Positions 1-9,369 of a DNA stretch of 64,000 nucleotides are shown in pieces. The DNA comes from Treponemataceae bacterium (GTDB lineage Bacteria > Spirochaetota > Spirochaetia > Treponematales > Rectinemataceae): NCBI GenBank assembly GCA_963677895.2, contig CAXXGJ010000038.1:416001-480000 (forward strand), read 5' to 3'. The translations under genes and the position numbers were made by a program. The notes under the pieces are model-generated. The model was not told where the DNA came from. It made no database searches and was given only the letters and a program-made list of their open reading frames with translations. Position 1 is the stretch's first letter, and the number at the start of each line of letters is the position of its first letter.

Positions 1-645
1 ACTGCTGTAGACCAGAATCTGCGCTCCGGGCGCAAGGGACTTCAGGGTTTTCAGGAAGCTGGAAGCCGTGGGGAATTCGGGAGCGTAGCCCTCCTCGTCG
101 AGAAGGGAGTCGGACATGGAAATCCAGTCCAGGATGAGCCGCTCTGGACTGCTTTTGGGCGACGAGGCGAAACCCAGAGGATCCCTTGTCGGGGTCGCGA
201 GGTAGCTGTCCAGCACCCTGATGACGGCGGCCCTCCGTATGGACGGGGAGCTTCTGTTGAGAAGCCGCAGGGCGGAAAGAAGAATGAGAAGCGGTTCCTG
301 TCCGCGAAGCTTGGAAGACAGGGCGAGGCGGCGCCAGAGCTCCGAGCATGCCGTGGCGTCGAAGCCCCAGGAAAAACAACCCGCGAAGGCGGGAAGATAG
401 GCTTTTTCATGGTTCCGGGCAAGGGAATCGAACACCGCGCCTTCCGATTCGACGACGATGAGCGCCTTCTTGGCGAAAAGTCCATGAGCGGGTGCCGGCT
501 TTTCCGAATCCCCGGCCTTGGTCGAAACCGCGGCCGTGGCGCCAGCCGAAGTCTCGGTCTTGGGGTGGCCGCGCGAAACCGAAGGGCGGGTTCTTTTTCT
601 CGCGGGGCTTCGCTCCCGGTATATGTTGTCCAGCAGATGAACCAT
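1..645 (-). CDS. HAD-like hydrolase homolog with degenerate motif I (partial, runs off window start)
   Basis: Not in the ORF track; translated by hand from ATG at 645: MVHLLDNIYRERS...ALIVVESEGAVFDSLARNHEKAYLPAF...LILDWISMS...PEFPTASSFLKTLKSLAPGAQILVYSS, open to position 1; resembles HAD motif I (hhhDxDGxxxD) and the motif II strand. Confidence 0.55.
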   Translation of the reverse strand, partial: MVHLLDNIYRERSPARKRTRPSVSRGHPKTETSAGATAAVSTKAGDSEKPAPAHGLFAKKALIVVESEGAVFDSLARNHEKAYLPAFAGCFSWGFDATACSELWRRLALSSKLRGQEPLLILLSALRLLNRSSPSIRRAAVIRVLDSYLATPTRDPLGFASSPKSSPERLILDWISMSDSLLDEEGYAPEFPTASSFLKTLKSLAPGAQILVYSS

Positions 646-760
646 TCTCACGTGACCACTTCCATGAGCCAAATATCGGCAGTCCGCCCGAGCTACTTGA
701 TAGACCGAAAAAGATTCCCGCCAAAGCCGCCAAACGCCAAATTCACGGCGGGGATTGACG

Positions 761-2149
761 ATGCCCTCCCTGAAACATCATGCTTGCCTCATGCCAAGAT
801 CGCGCTTCTCCACGTCGGACGATGTATTCGAATATCTGATGGGCTATGTCAATGTCGAAAAAGGACAGAAGACGGAGTTCAAGCTGGACAGGATGCTCTT
901 CCTCGCCGCCAAGCTGGGCAATCCCCATTCGGGAAGACTCACGATCCACGTGGCCGGATCGAAGGGCAAAGGCTCCGTGTCCACCATGTGCGCCAACATC
1001 CTCCAGTCGGCGGGCATGAAAGTCGGTCTCTATACCTCGCCGCACATTCTCAGGTGGAAGGAACGCATAGCCTATCCCGACAGGGAAATATCCGAAGAAG
1101 CCTTGATTTCGGCCATGGAAGAAGTCCTGCCCTTTGTCGAGGACAAAGACCCAAGCTATTTCCCCGGCGACGAAATGCCGACCTATTTCGAACTTACTAC
1201 CCTCGTGGCTTTTTGCGCCTTCAGGGCCTTGGGCTGCGACGCTCAGGTCATCGAGACGGGTTTGGGGGGAAGGCTGGATTCCACGAACATAGTCGATCCC
1301 GAGGTTTCGGTGATCACGCCGATAGAACTTGAACACATGCAGTTTTTAGGCGATACGATAGGAAAAATCGCCTTCGAGAAGGCGGGAATAATCAAGCCGG
1401 GCAGGCCGGCATGCGTCGCGCGCCAAAAAGATGAGGCGCTCCGCGTTTTCGAAGCCGCGGCGGCGGAAAGAGACTGCGAGCTTCTGCGTCTCGGCGCCGA
1501 CATAGACGCGAGGGAAATCCGGATCGACCCAGAAGGAACAAGCTGTGTGCTGATGGCTGTAGATGGCTCTAAATCGAGGCTGGCTGCCATCCTCGGCAGC
1601 GAAGGTCTGAATGTCCACTGCCCCATGATCGGCGCCATACAGGCCCAGAATATGGCGCTGGCGACCCTGGCGGCGGCCACCGCCCTGCCGGGAATCGGCG
1701 CGGAGGCCATCGTCGGCGGGCTGTCCCGCTCCAGGCTTCCCGCTCGCTTCGAACTCGCCCAACTGGCGCCAGCCATCGTGCTGGATGGAGCCCACACTCC
1801 CGAATCCATCCACCTGACGATGGAGAGCATGGCCTCGCTCTTTCCGGATTCCAGGGTTCTCCTCTTCGCCTGTGCCTATGACAAGCGGCACGCCGAGATG
1901 GCGGCCCTTCTCGCCCCGCATTTCGACGCGATCATCGTGACGAAGCCGGGTACGTTCAAGGTGAGCGATCCTGAGTCGGTGTTCGGCAGCTTCAAGGCTT
2001 TGAGGTCCGACGCGGCGCTCGAGGAGGACACCGGAACGGCGATAGCCAAGGCGATAGCGGAAGCGAAAACTCGCCAGGCCGCACTGCTCGTCACCGGATC
2101 TTTCTATCTCTGCGCCGAAGTCAAGAATTTCCTTTCTAGAGTAAAGTGA
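761..2149 (+). CDS. folC: bifunctional folylpolyglutamate synthase/dihydrofolate synthase
   Basis: HVAGSKGKGS P-loop, YTSPH, ETGLGGRLDSTN, IAFEKAGIIK, LDGAHT, VTGSFYL; start could also be 791. Confidence 0.95.
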   Translation: MPSLKHHACLMPRSRFSTSDDVFEYLMGYVNVEKGQKTEFKLDRMLFLAAKLGNPHSGRLTIHVAGSKGKGSVSTMCANILQSAGMKVGLYTSPHILRWKERIAYPDREISEEALISAMEEVLPFVEDKDPSYFPGDEMPTYFELTTLVAFCAFRALGCDAQVIETGLGGRLDSTNIVDPEVSVITPIELEHMQFLGDTIGKIAFEKAGIIKPGRPACVARQKDEALRVFEAAAAERDCELLRLGADIDAREIRIDPEGTSCVLMAVDGSKSRLAAILGSEGLNVHCPMIGAIQAQNMALATLAAATALPGIGAEAIVGGLSRSRLPARFELAQLAPAIVLDGAHTPESIHLTMESMASLFPDSRVLLFACAYDKRHAEMAALLAPHFDAIIVTKPGTFKVSDPESVFGSFKALRSDAALEEDTGTAIAKAIAEAKTRQAALLVTGSFYLCAEVKNFLSRVK

Positions 2150-3743
2150 GCAGACTCTGGAATACGCCGATGACGGCGCCCAGAATTCCTCCCAGGACGG
2201 TTATCCACGTGAGTTCGTCGTTGACCACCTTGAGGATAATGCGTTCGATGTCAGCCATATCCAGGTCGTTGAGCTTGTCGACGACCATCGTCTGGATATC
2301 CAGCGCCTCCACGAGCCTTTCGGACTGCGAGGCGAGCGCCTGGGTGACGGCATCGGAAACGATGCGCGCGATGCTGCGCCTTTCCGCTTCACCTAGCGAA
2401 AGGACAGCCCCGATCGTCTTTCCCTCGATTTTTTCAGCGTAGGAAAGCAGAAAATCACCCAGGGACTTGGATAGAAGGTCCGATCCTATCCGCGATCGCG
2501 TATCGGCGGCCGCCCGCGTCGCCGTAAGGCTTTTTTCGACGCTTCCGACCAAGGCCTCCGAGAGTCCCGGGAGCAGTTCGCTCAAGGACTTTTCGGCTAT
2601 CGAAGCGTAGCGCCTCTCCACGTTCTCCGCAAAACTCGCCTTCTCGAGTTCCAGCCCCTGAAAGAATAGTTCCAGCGCTCTTTTCAGCTCGGGAATCGGG
2701 AAAATGCCCGCCAGGGGAGCCGACGAATGGGAAAGCCTTGGCGTTCCGAGATAGGCCAGGACGGATCCCACCACCTTGTTCTCCATGTCGGGGCTCCGCA
2801 GCAGGCCGATTATCGATCCGGACACGTCGCGTATCGTCTCGGGCATCGTGTCGGCAAGGGTTTTCTCGTAGTTCGCCGCCGTCACTATCAGGCGTTGGAT
2901 CGGCCCCAACCGGCCGATGATTCTCCGGATCATGTCCACGCCGACATTCTTGAGATCGGCTTTCACGGATTCGCTGTCGAGAATTTTTTCCACGATGGGT
3001 AACAGGCTCGCGTAGAGCGAACGCGTCGCCGCTTCGGCGAGCGGGGAAAGCGTCCGCGGCGAAACGAGCGGACCGGAGGAGGGAGATGATTCCAGGAGCC
3101 TGTCCACGAAGGCTTCTATCATTTTCTTCTTGTCGCGCTCGCCCCACTCGCCCGCGAAGCGTTCAGCCAGACCGCGGACGCGATCGCAGGGCAGGATGCT
3201 GCCCAAGGGAATTTTACCCGCCTCGGAGATGGTCCTGCCGGCCGCGAACGAGAGCGCTGTCCTGAATTCGACGGATCCGACGATCGAATTGAAGGAAGAC
3301 GCGACGAGGCTGCCAGCATCGCTGGAGCCGAAGTTCTTCAAGGCGGGAATCCCCGGACCTTCGGAGGCATCGGAGACATCAGGGGCTTCGGAGCCATCAT
3401 GCTCGCCCGCCAGGCTTTTGAGCAAGGCGGAAGCGTCGTGATTCAACGCTTCGTCGATGATGACATAGACGGACTCCTCGATCTTGGTTTTCAGGGCCGG
3501 CTCGACGAGCCTGGTTCTGAAAACCTCGGGCGTGAGCAGTTCGCGGGAAACCGTTTCGCCGACGCTGTCGGCGAGGCGCAAGCGCTCCCTCGGAAGGATA
3601 CCCGGCGTAAAGGGAAGCTTGAGTTTGCCTAAATAAATGGGTTTCAACGGCCTGAAAAGCATTTTTATGGCAAGCCAATTGGTGAAATAGCCAATAATCG
3701 CCCCGACGAGCGGCGGCATGATCCAAACTTTGAAAAACTCCAT
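2136..3743 (-). CDS. DUF445 family membrane-anchored protein
   Basis: N-terminal PLVGAIIGYFTNWLAIKMLFRP and C-terminal EL.WI..LGGILGAVIG; overlaps the folC 3' end by 14 bp. Confidence 0.85.
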   Translation of the reverse strand: MEFFKVWIMPPLVGAIIGYFTNWLAIKMLFRPLKPIYLGKLKLPFTPGILPRERLRLADSVGETVSRELLTPEVFRTRLVEPALKTKIEESVYVIIDEALNHDASALLKSLAGEHDGSEAPDVSDASEGPGIPALKNFGSSDAGSLVASSFNSIVGSVEFRTALSFAAGRTISEAGKIPLGSILPCDRVRGLAERFAGEWGERDKKKMIEAFVDRLLESSPSSGPLVSPRTLSPLAEAATRSLYASLLPIVEKILDSESVKADLKNVGVDMIRRIIGRLGPIQRLIVTAANYEKTLADTMPETIRDVSGSIIGLLRSPDMENKVVGSVLAYLGTPRLSHSSAPLAGIFPIPELKRALELFFQGLELEKASFAENVERRYASIAEKSLSELLPGLSEALVGSVEKSLTATRAAADTRSRIGSDLLSKSLGDFLLSYAEKIEGKTIGAVLSLGEAERRSIARIVSDAVTQALASQSERLVEALDIQTMVVDKLNDLDMADIERIILKVVNDELTWITVLGGILGAVIGVFQSLLTLL

Positions 3744-3765
3744 CAGCCTTCCTTGGCCATAAATT

Positions 3766-4191
3766 TTATTGAAGAAGCCCGACGGCTTCGCGAGCCTGTG
3801 CCTCGGATGAAAAGATACTCAGATCGCCGGAATGAATCCATCCGGTCGCGGACCCCTCGCCGAATTTATACCAGAGTCCGCCTGTGTCCTGTCCCGCCGG
3901 ATCTATTTTACGCTCCGTGCAGAGGAAAACGGTTCCCCTTCGGACGACGGATATGTCCTCGGAAGTCGCGTCGGGCAGCTTTTTGGCATGGGCATAGGCT
4001 GAAGTGACCGCCGCCCAGCCCAATCCCGATCCAACCGACGGGTCGGCTGGCAGTTTCATAAAGCGAGAATACCCCTTCGAGCAACCCGACAACGAGGCAA
4101 TAATCATGAGGATCGCGGTAAAAAGAAGGAAAGCGCCGCGCTTTGCACACAACCGGCGTTGGTTATGGTTAATATATATAGTATTGATCAT
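3766..4191 (-). CDS. putative lipoprotein with SH3-like domain
   Basis: Hydrophobic segment ending in lipobox LSGC; SH3b-like pattern (..LPDATSEDISVVRRG..WYKF..TGWIHS). Confidence 0.6.
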   Translation of the reverse strand: MINTIYINHNQRRLCAKRGAFLLFTAILMIIASLSGCSKGYSRFMKLPADPSVGSGLGWAAVTSAYAHAKKLPDATSEDISVVRRGTVFLCTERKIDPAGQDTGGLWYKFGEGSATGWIHSGDLSIFSSEAQAREAVGLLQ

Positions 4192-4242
4192 TTGTATCTC
4201 CAGGTGAATTTACACCTTTTAGATGGTAAATAGAAGGTAAAT

Positions 4243-4842
4243 ATGGCGAATAACCGTCGGCATATTTTTGTGCCGGTCATTTTTTTCATCGCGGCGACTT
4301 TCATGGCGGCGTTGCCCATCGCGGCTTCTCCATGGCGAGCGGACCTTTCGGGCGGAGCTCTCTACGCTCCCAGCTATGGCTCAGATGTCGCTCTCCTGTC
4401 CGCGTACGGCTTCGGCATCGGCGGAGGCGTGGAACTGGTCACGAACTATTGGATACCGATACGAGGCGAGCTGGGTGTCTATTCCATCGGCGCTTCGGCC
4501 TGGGATCCGACACTCTTCAGATACCGCGCGTTCTGGGGCTACCGGCTCGCGGCGATGACGGGATTGTGGGTTCCCGTCGGTTCGGGGGAGCTGGATTTCC
4601 TCGCGGGAGGGGCCTTCTCCGCCTCCCGATTCACGGGCCTCAGCGTCGTGACCGCCTACGCTTCGCTCGTAGGCGAAGTGCGTTTCCTCCACCCTGTATC
4701 CTTTTCCTTCCTCAAAGGTCGCGAGGTGAACATCTTCGCGACCGTACCGGTGGAATATATGTTCCGCGGCAATGCGCGAACCATAGCGGCGGGGCTTGAA
4801 ATCGGGGTTGGATTTCAGCTGTCCAAGGGAGCTTCCAAATGA
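4243..4842 (+). CDS. exported protein, probable small outer-membrane beta-barrel
   Basis: Signal peptide, alternating Gly/aromatic beta-strand pattern, C-terminal AGLEIGVGFQL. Confidence 0.6.
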   Translation: MANNRRHIFVPVIFFIAATFMAALPIAASPWRADLSGGALYAPSYGSDVALLSAYGFGIGGGVELVTNYWIPIRGELGVYSIGASAWDPTLFRYRAFWGYRLAAMTGLWVPVGSGELDFLAGGAFSASRFTGLSVVTAYASLVGEVRFLHPVSFSFLKGREVNIFATVPVEYMFRGNARTIAAGLEIGVGFQLSKGASK

Positions 4843-5810
4843 CAGGCAAGGCTAAAAATCGACAGACACCATGCTTTGCGTACCGCGGCGCCGGCGCCTC
4901 GATCGCCCTCATCCTTGTCCTGTCGCTCGGAACAATCCTCGCCGGATGCTCGATACCCTCCAGCGGCCTGACCACACCGTCGAACCGATACGCGTTGGTG
5001 ATTGGGGTCCAGGATTATCCCGGCACCAATAACGATCTAAACTATCCCGACGATGACGCTAACGCCATGAATACGCTTCTCTCGGCACAAGGATGGACGG
5101 TACGATCCGTACTCCTGAATGGGAGCGCCACCTACGACAATATAAAATCAGAGATAAATGCGTTGTCGACGGACTCGAGCGCGACGGTCCTCGTCTACTA
5201 CTCGGGACATGGCTCCGATTATACGGGGACTCCGAGCATCATTCCCTACGACGGCCTCACCATATCAGATAACTTTGACATAACTAATTGGATCACTCCT
5301 GCTACCCTCACGAACTGGGTCGCGGCTGTCCCGGCTAAGCACAGGCTACTGATCCTGGACGCCTGCTTTTCCGGTGGTTTTACCTTAGGCGACGGCTCCG
5401 TGGACACGGCGCAGGCCGACTACAGCCAGTTAAGCTACCATACTTTGGATAAAGGCATTCTTATCGGGGCGCTCTCGAAATTCGGCGCCTTGGTAGCGGA
5501 TAATCTTTCGACCTTCGGCGATCAGGAAGTCCTCGCGTTGAGCGCTTCCGGTTCGGAGGAATTGTCCTGGGATGATGGCGGCAGCCAGCATGGAGCATTC
5601 ACCAACTATCTTCTTAAGGCATCGACATCGGGAGACACGGATGGTGATGGCTACGTGACGGTCAATGAGGCATATGCCTACACGAAAAAACAGATACGAG
5701 AAAACTGGAATATCGACTACCTGCATTCAAGCGATCCCCTGGAATGGGATTTCCTGCCGCACATCTCTGGCGGCACGGGCGACATCGTCCTCTACGCGAA
5801 CGCCAATTAA
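4839..5810 (+). CDS. caspase family (peptidase C14, metacaspase-like) lipoprotein
   Basis: Lipobox ILAGC; RYALVIGV..Y, LNYPDDDA, catalytic YSGHG and LDACFSG, HGAFTNYLL, EF-hand-like DTDGDGYVTVNE; ATGA overlap with upstream gene. Confidence 0.9.
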   Translation: MTGKAKNRQTPCFAYRGAGASIALILVLSLGTILAGCSIPSSGLTTPSNRYALVIGVQDYPGTNNDLNYPDDDANAMNTLLSAQGWTVRSVLLNGSATYDNIKSEINALSTDSSATVLVYYSGHGSDYTGTPSIIPYDGLTISDNFDITNWITPATLTNWVAAVPAKHRLLILDACFSGGFTLGDGSVDTAQADYSQLSYHTLDKGILIGALSKFGALVADNLSTFGDQEVLALSASGSEELSWDDGGSQHGAFTNYLLKASTSGDTDGDGYVTVNEAYAYTKKQIRENWNIDYLHSSDPLEWDFLPHISGGTGDIVLYANAN

Positions 5811-5837
5811 TCTCATGACCCACGCTGAATGGCATGA

Positions 5838-5875
5838 AAGGGGCTGTCCGGGAAGCGCTTTAGGGACAGCCCTTA
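5838..5875. repeat. palindromic intergenic repeat copy A / probable bidirectional terminator
   Basis: AAGGGGCTGTCC-GGGAAGCGCTTTAG-GGACAGCCCTTA followed by a T run; lies between convergent genes. Confidence 0.75.
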
Positions 5876-5895
5876 ATTTTTAGCGCGGAAACCGG

Positions 5896-7191
5896 CTACG
5901 AGCCGGAAACAGTGATGCCTCTTGCCCTGATCCAGGGAAAGACGGCATTACCGAAATCGACACGCTCCCGAGAAATGCCGTCGATGTCCTTAAGAAGCTT
6001 CACGATATTGCCCGACACCATGGTGCCGGCGAGAGCTCTGACAATTTTGCCTTTCTCGATGAGGTAACTGTTCTTGGCCACGCCCGAAAAATCCCCGTCC
6101 TCGCTGGGGCTACCTCCGGAAAAACGGTTGAGCAGGACGCCCCGCTCTATCCCGTCGATGAGCTCCGCCAGGGAGTCCGATCCGGCGTCCACCGTCAAGC
6201 AGCCACCTCCGCTGGAACAGCGGGCGAAGCCTGTCTTGTTCGAGCCGTAGAGGCTGAGGAAGTAGTTCCGCAGTTTCCCCTTCTCGATGATAGCGCAGTC
6301 TTCCGCGACGAAGCCGTCTGCCGTGAAGAACTGGCCGTCCTGGACGACGCCGGAAACAGGCGTCGAGCGAAGGCTTAAGCGGCTCGAGGCGATGTCCTTC
6401 CCGAGAGAATTCTTATAGGGCGAGGAGCCGCTGATGAGGCCGTAATCCCCGAGGTAGCTTGACTCGAGGCTATACAGGAATTCGCCCAGGCAGTGCGGCG
6501 CGATGACGATGTCGCCCTCGAACTTGCCGTCCAGGGGCTTCGCCTCGAGCTGTTCGGCCGATTGGCGCATGAGTTCGCCTACGGTTCCCCAGATCAGGAG
6601 GGGGCGGTCCAGGCTGAAGCGGCTGGCTCCGGAGTAGTTGAAGCTCGAAGCCTTCGTCCCTTCCTTGGCGGTGAATATGGCGACGAAGGAATAGATTCCC
6701 TTGGATTGGCGCAGCGACACTCCGTTCGAATTGGCGAAGAAGGATGTGGTCGCGGCAAAATCGAGGATGCATTGTTCAAGCTTCACTTTCGGGTGCTCTT
6801 TCGAGCAGCTGCCCAGGAATTCCGAGAGCCTGTCGTACATGGCGGGAAGGTCGGGGGCCTCGTCCCCGGCGGAGAATGCGGCAGGCGGCGATGATGGGGC
6901 TATGCCGTTCGCGGGGTCGGCCTTGGAGGCCAGGGCCGAGGCGACGGCTTCTTTCGCCGCTGTCCATATCGAATCGGCGTCGACGCGATTGAGGACGCTC
7001 GAACCTTTCCTCCCGCCCGAGTAGGCGGTGAGGGAAAGATTCGACTCGACCGTCGTCCGGAGGAGGCTCATCGCACCGTTATCGATATTGAGCTCGGTCT
7101 TCTCGCCGCGTGACAGCGAAGCCTGCCCCATGTCGGCCCCGGCCTCGATCATGGCCTTCACGGCCGTGTCGACGATGTTCATGCCCTCCAT
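5896..7191 (-). CDS. pmbA: TldD/PmbA family protein (PmbA/TldE-like subunit)
   Basis: FTADGF..IIEKGKL, GDFSG, LIEKG, VSGNI..LL; directly follows tldD and lacks HEAIGH. Confidence 0.85.
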   Translation of the reverse strand: MEGMNIVDTAVKAMIEAGADMGQASLSRGEKTELNIDNGAMSLLRTTVESNLSLTAYSGGRKGSSVLNRVDADSIWTAAKEAVASALASKADPANGIAPSSPPAAFSAGDEAPDLPAMYDRLSEFLGSCSKEHPKVKLEQCILDFAATTSFFANSNGVSLRQSKGIYSFVAIFTAKEGTKASSFNYSGASRFSLDRPLLIWGTVGELMRQSAEQLEAKPLDGKFEGDIVIAPHCLGEFLYSLESSYLGDYGLISGSSPYKNSLGKDIASSRLSLRSTPVSGVVQDGQFFTADGFVAEDCAIIEKGKLRNYFLSLYGSNKTGFARCSSGGGCLTVDAGSDSLAELIDGIERGVLLNRFSGGSPSEDGDFSGVAKNSYLIEKGKIVRALAGTMVSGNIVKLLKDIDGISRERVDFGNAVFPWIRARGITVSGS

Positions 7192-7192
7192 A

Positions 7193-8587
7193 TCACCTAC
7201 CCCCTATGTTGATCGAACAGGCGATGGCCGGACCGCCCATGCCCACCGGGATCATCTGTTTCTTGCCGCACATGCCTCCGCAGCCCCAGCTCATGTCGTC
7301 GGAAATGGCGGTGACTGTCTTCAGCATGTCGAAGGCCACACCCGACACGGTCGTGTCCCTTATGGCGCGGCCGAGCTTGCCGCCCTTGATCTCGTAGCCG
7401 AGGACGACGCCGAACATGAACTCGCTCGTGGAATCGGCCTGACCGTTGCTTGATTTCATGAGGTAATAGCCGTCGTCGATGGAGGCGATCATGTCAGCGA
7501 GCTTCGAGGTTCCGGGGACTATGGCGGTGTTCCGCATGCGCACCAGCGGCTCGTCGGAAAAGGCGTATGCCCGTGCGTTGCCCGTGGGTTCGGCGCCGAG
7601 CTTGGCCGCCGTCTCCTTGTTGTGCATAAAGGACCTGAGCAGGCCCTTTTCGATCAGGACGGCGTCCTTGGCCTGAGTGCCCTCGTCGTCGATCCAGAGA
7701 GGGACGGGGCAGGTGGAGCCCAGGGCCGTATGGGCGAAGTCCACGAGGGTGACGAGGTCGCTCGCCACCTTCTTTCCAAGGTAGGCCCCCGCCACGGAGC
7801 CGCCGAGGACGCCATCGCCTTCCACTGTGTGGCCGATAGCCTCATGCGCGAGAATGCCCGCCAGGTCAGGGCCGAGAATCACGCGGCGGAGGCCGGCATC
7901 GGGATATATGCTCGCGGTCTTCGCGATGAGATGGCCGTGGAGTTCATCCAAGCCTTCTTCCAGAACAAACGGGGTCGTGAAGACGTCCTCGAATTGGCCA
8001 CGTCCGCCGAACACGCGGTATAGCTCAACGGGATTGCCCTCGGCGTCGTTCATGGTGAGATTCACGTACAGTATCGAGCGGGGGACGAGGGAATAGGCCT
8101 GTGCCCCTTCCGAGGTCAGGAGGGTCTTCTCCATGTCAAGACAGCCAAGACCCACATTACGCGACAGAAGCGCGGGGTAGGTTGCGGCTATGTACGAATC
8201 CACGGCCCGGGCGAAATCGAGCAAGTCCTTTTGCGCAAGGCGCGTTTTTTTGGTGGAAAGGTCGTGCGAGCCCGAACTCGAGCTGGCGTTCGAAGTCTTC
8301 GGAAGTCTGGCGTTAACCTTCCCAACCCTGGAAGCGAGGAAGAGCGCGTTCCGGGTGGCAAGCCGGACGGCGCCTTCTATGGACTCGTTCCCGATATCTG
8401 GGTCTGAGGCGAAGCCCCATGCCCCGTCCTTGAAAACGCGGGCCGAGACGCCGCCCACCGTCGAGCGGTTGTTGCGCAGGATATCGCCCTTTAAGAGGGC
8501 GATGTTGACCTGACTATTCCGCTGCACGCGAAGTTCCGTGTACTCGGTGAACAGACCGGCGTGCCCGCCGATGCCTTCATAGCGCAT
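7193..8587 (-). CDS. tldD: TldD metalloprotease subunit
   Basis: HEAIGH, IDDEG, TGNAR, PLVRMRNT, CGKKQMIPVGMGGP; SD GGGAGG before ATG 8587. Confidence 0.92.
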   Translation of the reverse strand: MRYEGIGGHAGLFTEYTELRVQRNSQVNIALLKGDILRNNRSTVGGVSARVFKDGAWGFASDPDIGNESIEGAVRLATRNALFLASRVGKVNARLPKTSNASSSSGSHDLSTKKTRLAQKDLLDFARAVDSYIAATYPALLSRNVGLGCLDMEKTLLTSEGAQAYSLVPRSILYVNLTMNDAEGNPVELYRVFGGRGQFEDVFTTPFVLEEGLDELHGHLIAKTASIYPDAGLRRVILGPDLAGILAHEAIGHTVEGDGVLGGSVAGAYLGKKVASDLVTLVDFAHTALGSTCPVPLWIDDEGTQAKDAVLIEKGLLRSFMHNKETAAKLGAEPTGNARAYAFSDEPLVRMRNTAIVPGTSKLADMIASIDDGYYLMKSSNGQADSTSEFMFGVVLGYEIKGGKLGRAIRDTTVSGVAFDMLKTVTAISDDMSWGCGGMCGKKQMIPVGMGGPAIACSINIGGR

Positions 8588-8630
8588 GCTGCCTCCCATT
8601 CTCTCGCAATATAGAACCGCCAAGACAAGA

Positions 8631-8668
8631 AAGGGACCGTCCCCGGGTTATTTCCAGGACAGTCCCTT
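8631..8668. repeat. palindromic intergenic repeat copy B / probable terminator
   Basis: AAGGGACCGTCC-CCGGGTTATTTCCA-GGACAGTCCCTT, 26 bp downstream of the TM2 gene stop. Confidence 0.75.
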
Positions 8669-8694
8669 CAATTCGGGCAAAGAAAATTTCCGAC

Positions 8695-9204
8695 TCAGCC
8701 CAGATCCACGAAATCGGATTTGTTGTTGTCGGCGAACTCGGGGAAGTAGTAGACGACGACGCCGGAGGAGCGGACGCGGACTTCGGCCATGCCGTTCTTG
8801 GCGAGCTTGTCCAGCTCCTTGCGCGCCTCCTCCACTGAGATGTCGCCTTCGATGGCCACTTCGCCGGGGGTCACTTGTCCGCCGTTTTTCCGGGCAACCC
8901 TCAGGATGGTTTTTTCGGCCGGTTCCACGCGCCTGTAGGAAAGACCGTCGGTATGGAGGTACGGGTCCCTGGCGGCCGAGGAGCCTTGAGCGAGGAAGGC
9001 CTGGGCGTCGTTCCGCATATTGGCGTCCTGTACCTGCCGAGGCAGCGTGAAGAGGTCGTAGATGCATCCCACTCCGGCCAATCCGCCCGTGAGCAGCCAG
9101 ATAAAGCCCGTTCCGGCTTTGCCGAGATAGAATCTGTGCAAGCCCAAGGCTCCGCATCCGGAGATGGCCCAGAGCACGTAAGCGACGGGAAGGCTGTATT
9201 TCAA
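8695..9204 (-). CDS. TM2 domain protein with C-terminal winged-helix-like domain
   Basis: [32 protein letters not shown]2 signature; TTG start with GAGGA SD (alternative ATG 9225). Confidence 0.85.
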   Translation of the reverse strand: MKYSLPVAYVLWAISGCGALGLHRFYLGKAGTGFIWLLTGGLAGVGCIYDLFTLPRQVQDANMRNDAQAFLAQGSSAARDPYLHTDGLSYRRVEPAEKTILRVARKNGGQVTPGEVAIEGDISVEEARKELDKLAKNGMAEVRVRSSGVVVYYFPEFADNNKSDFVDLG

Positions 9205-9369
9205 GGTAGTCCTCGTACGAGACATAAAAAGAATTATCTCACGTCTATAGTACCACATCGGGGAAGCGACCGACAACATCGAGGGGAAAAAATCCCGCCA
9301 CCGTATATAGATTTTATGCTTCAGACAGAGTATCATGCATAAAATTTGCATGCTCTTATGGAGATACCC

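Noticed and set aside
409..1332. 307-aa plus-strand ORF
   Set aside because: Overlaps folC and the HAD-like gene in other frames; Arg-rich non-coding-like composition.
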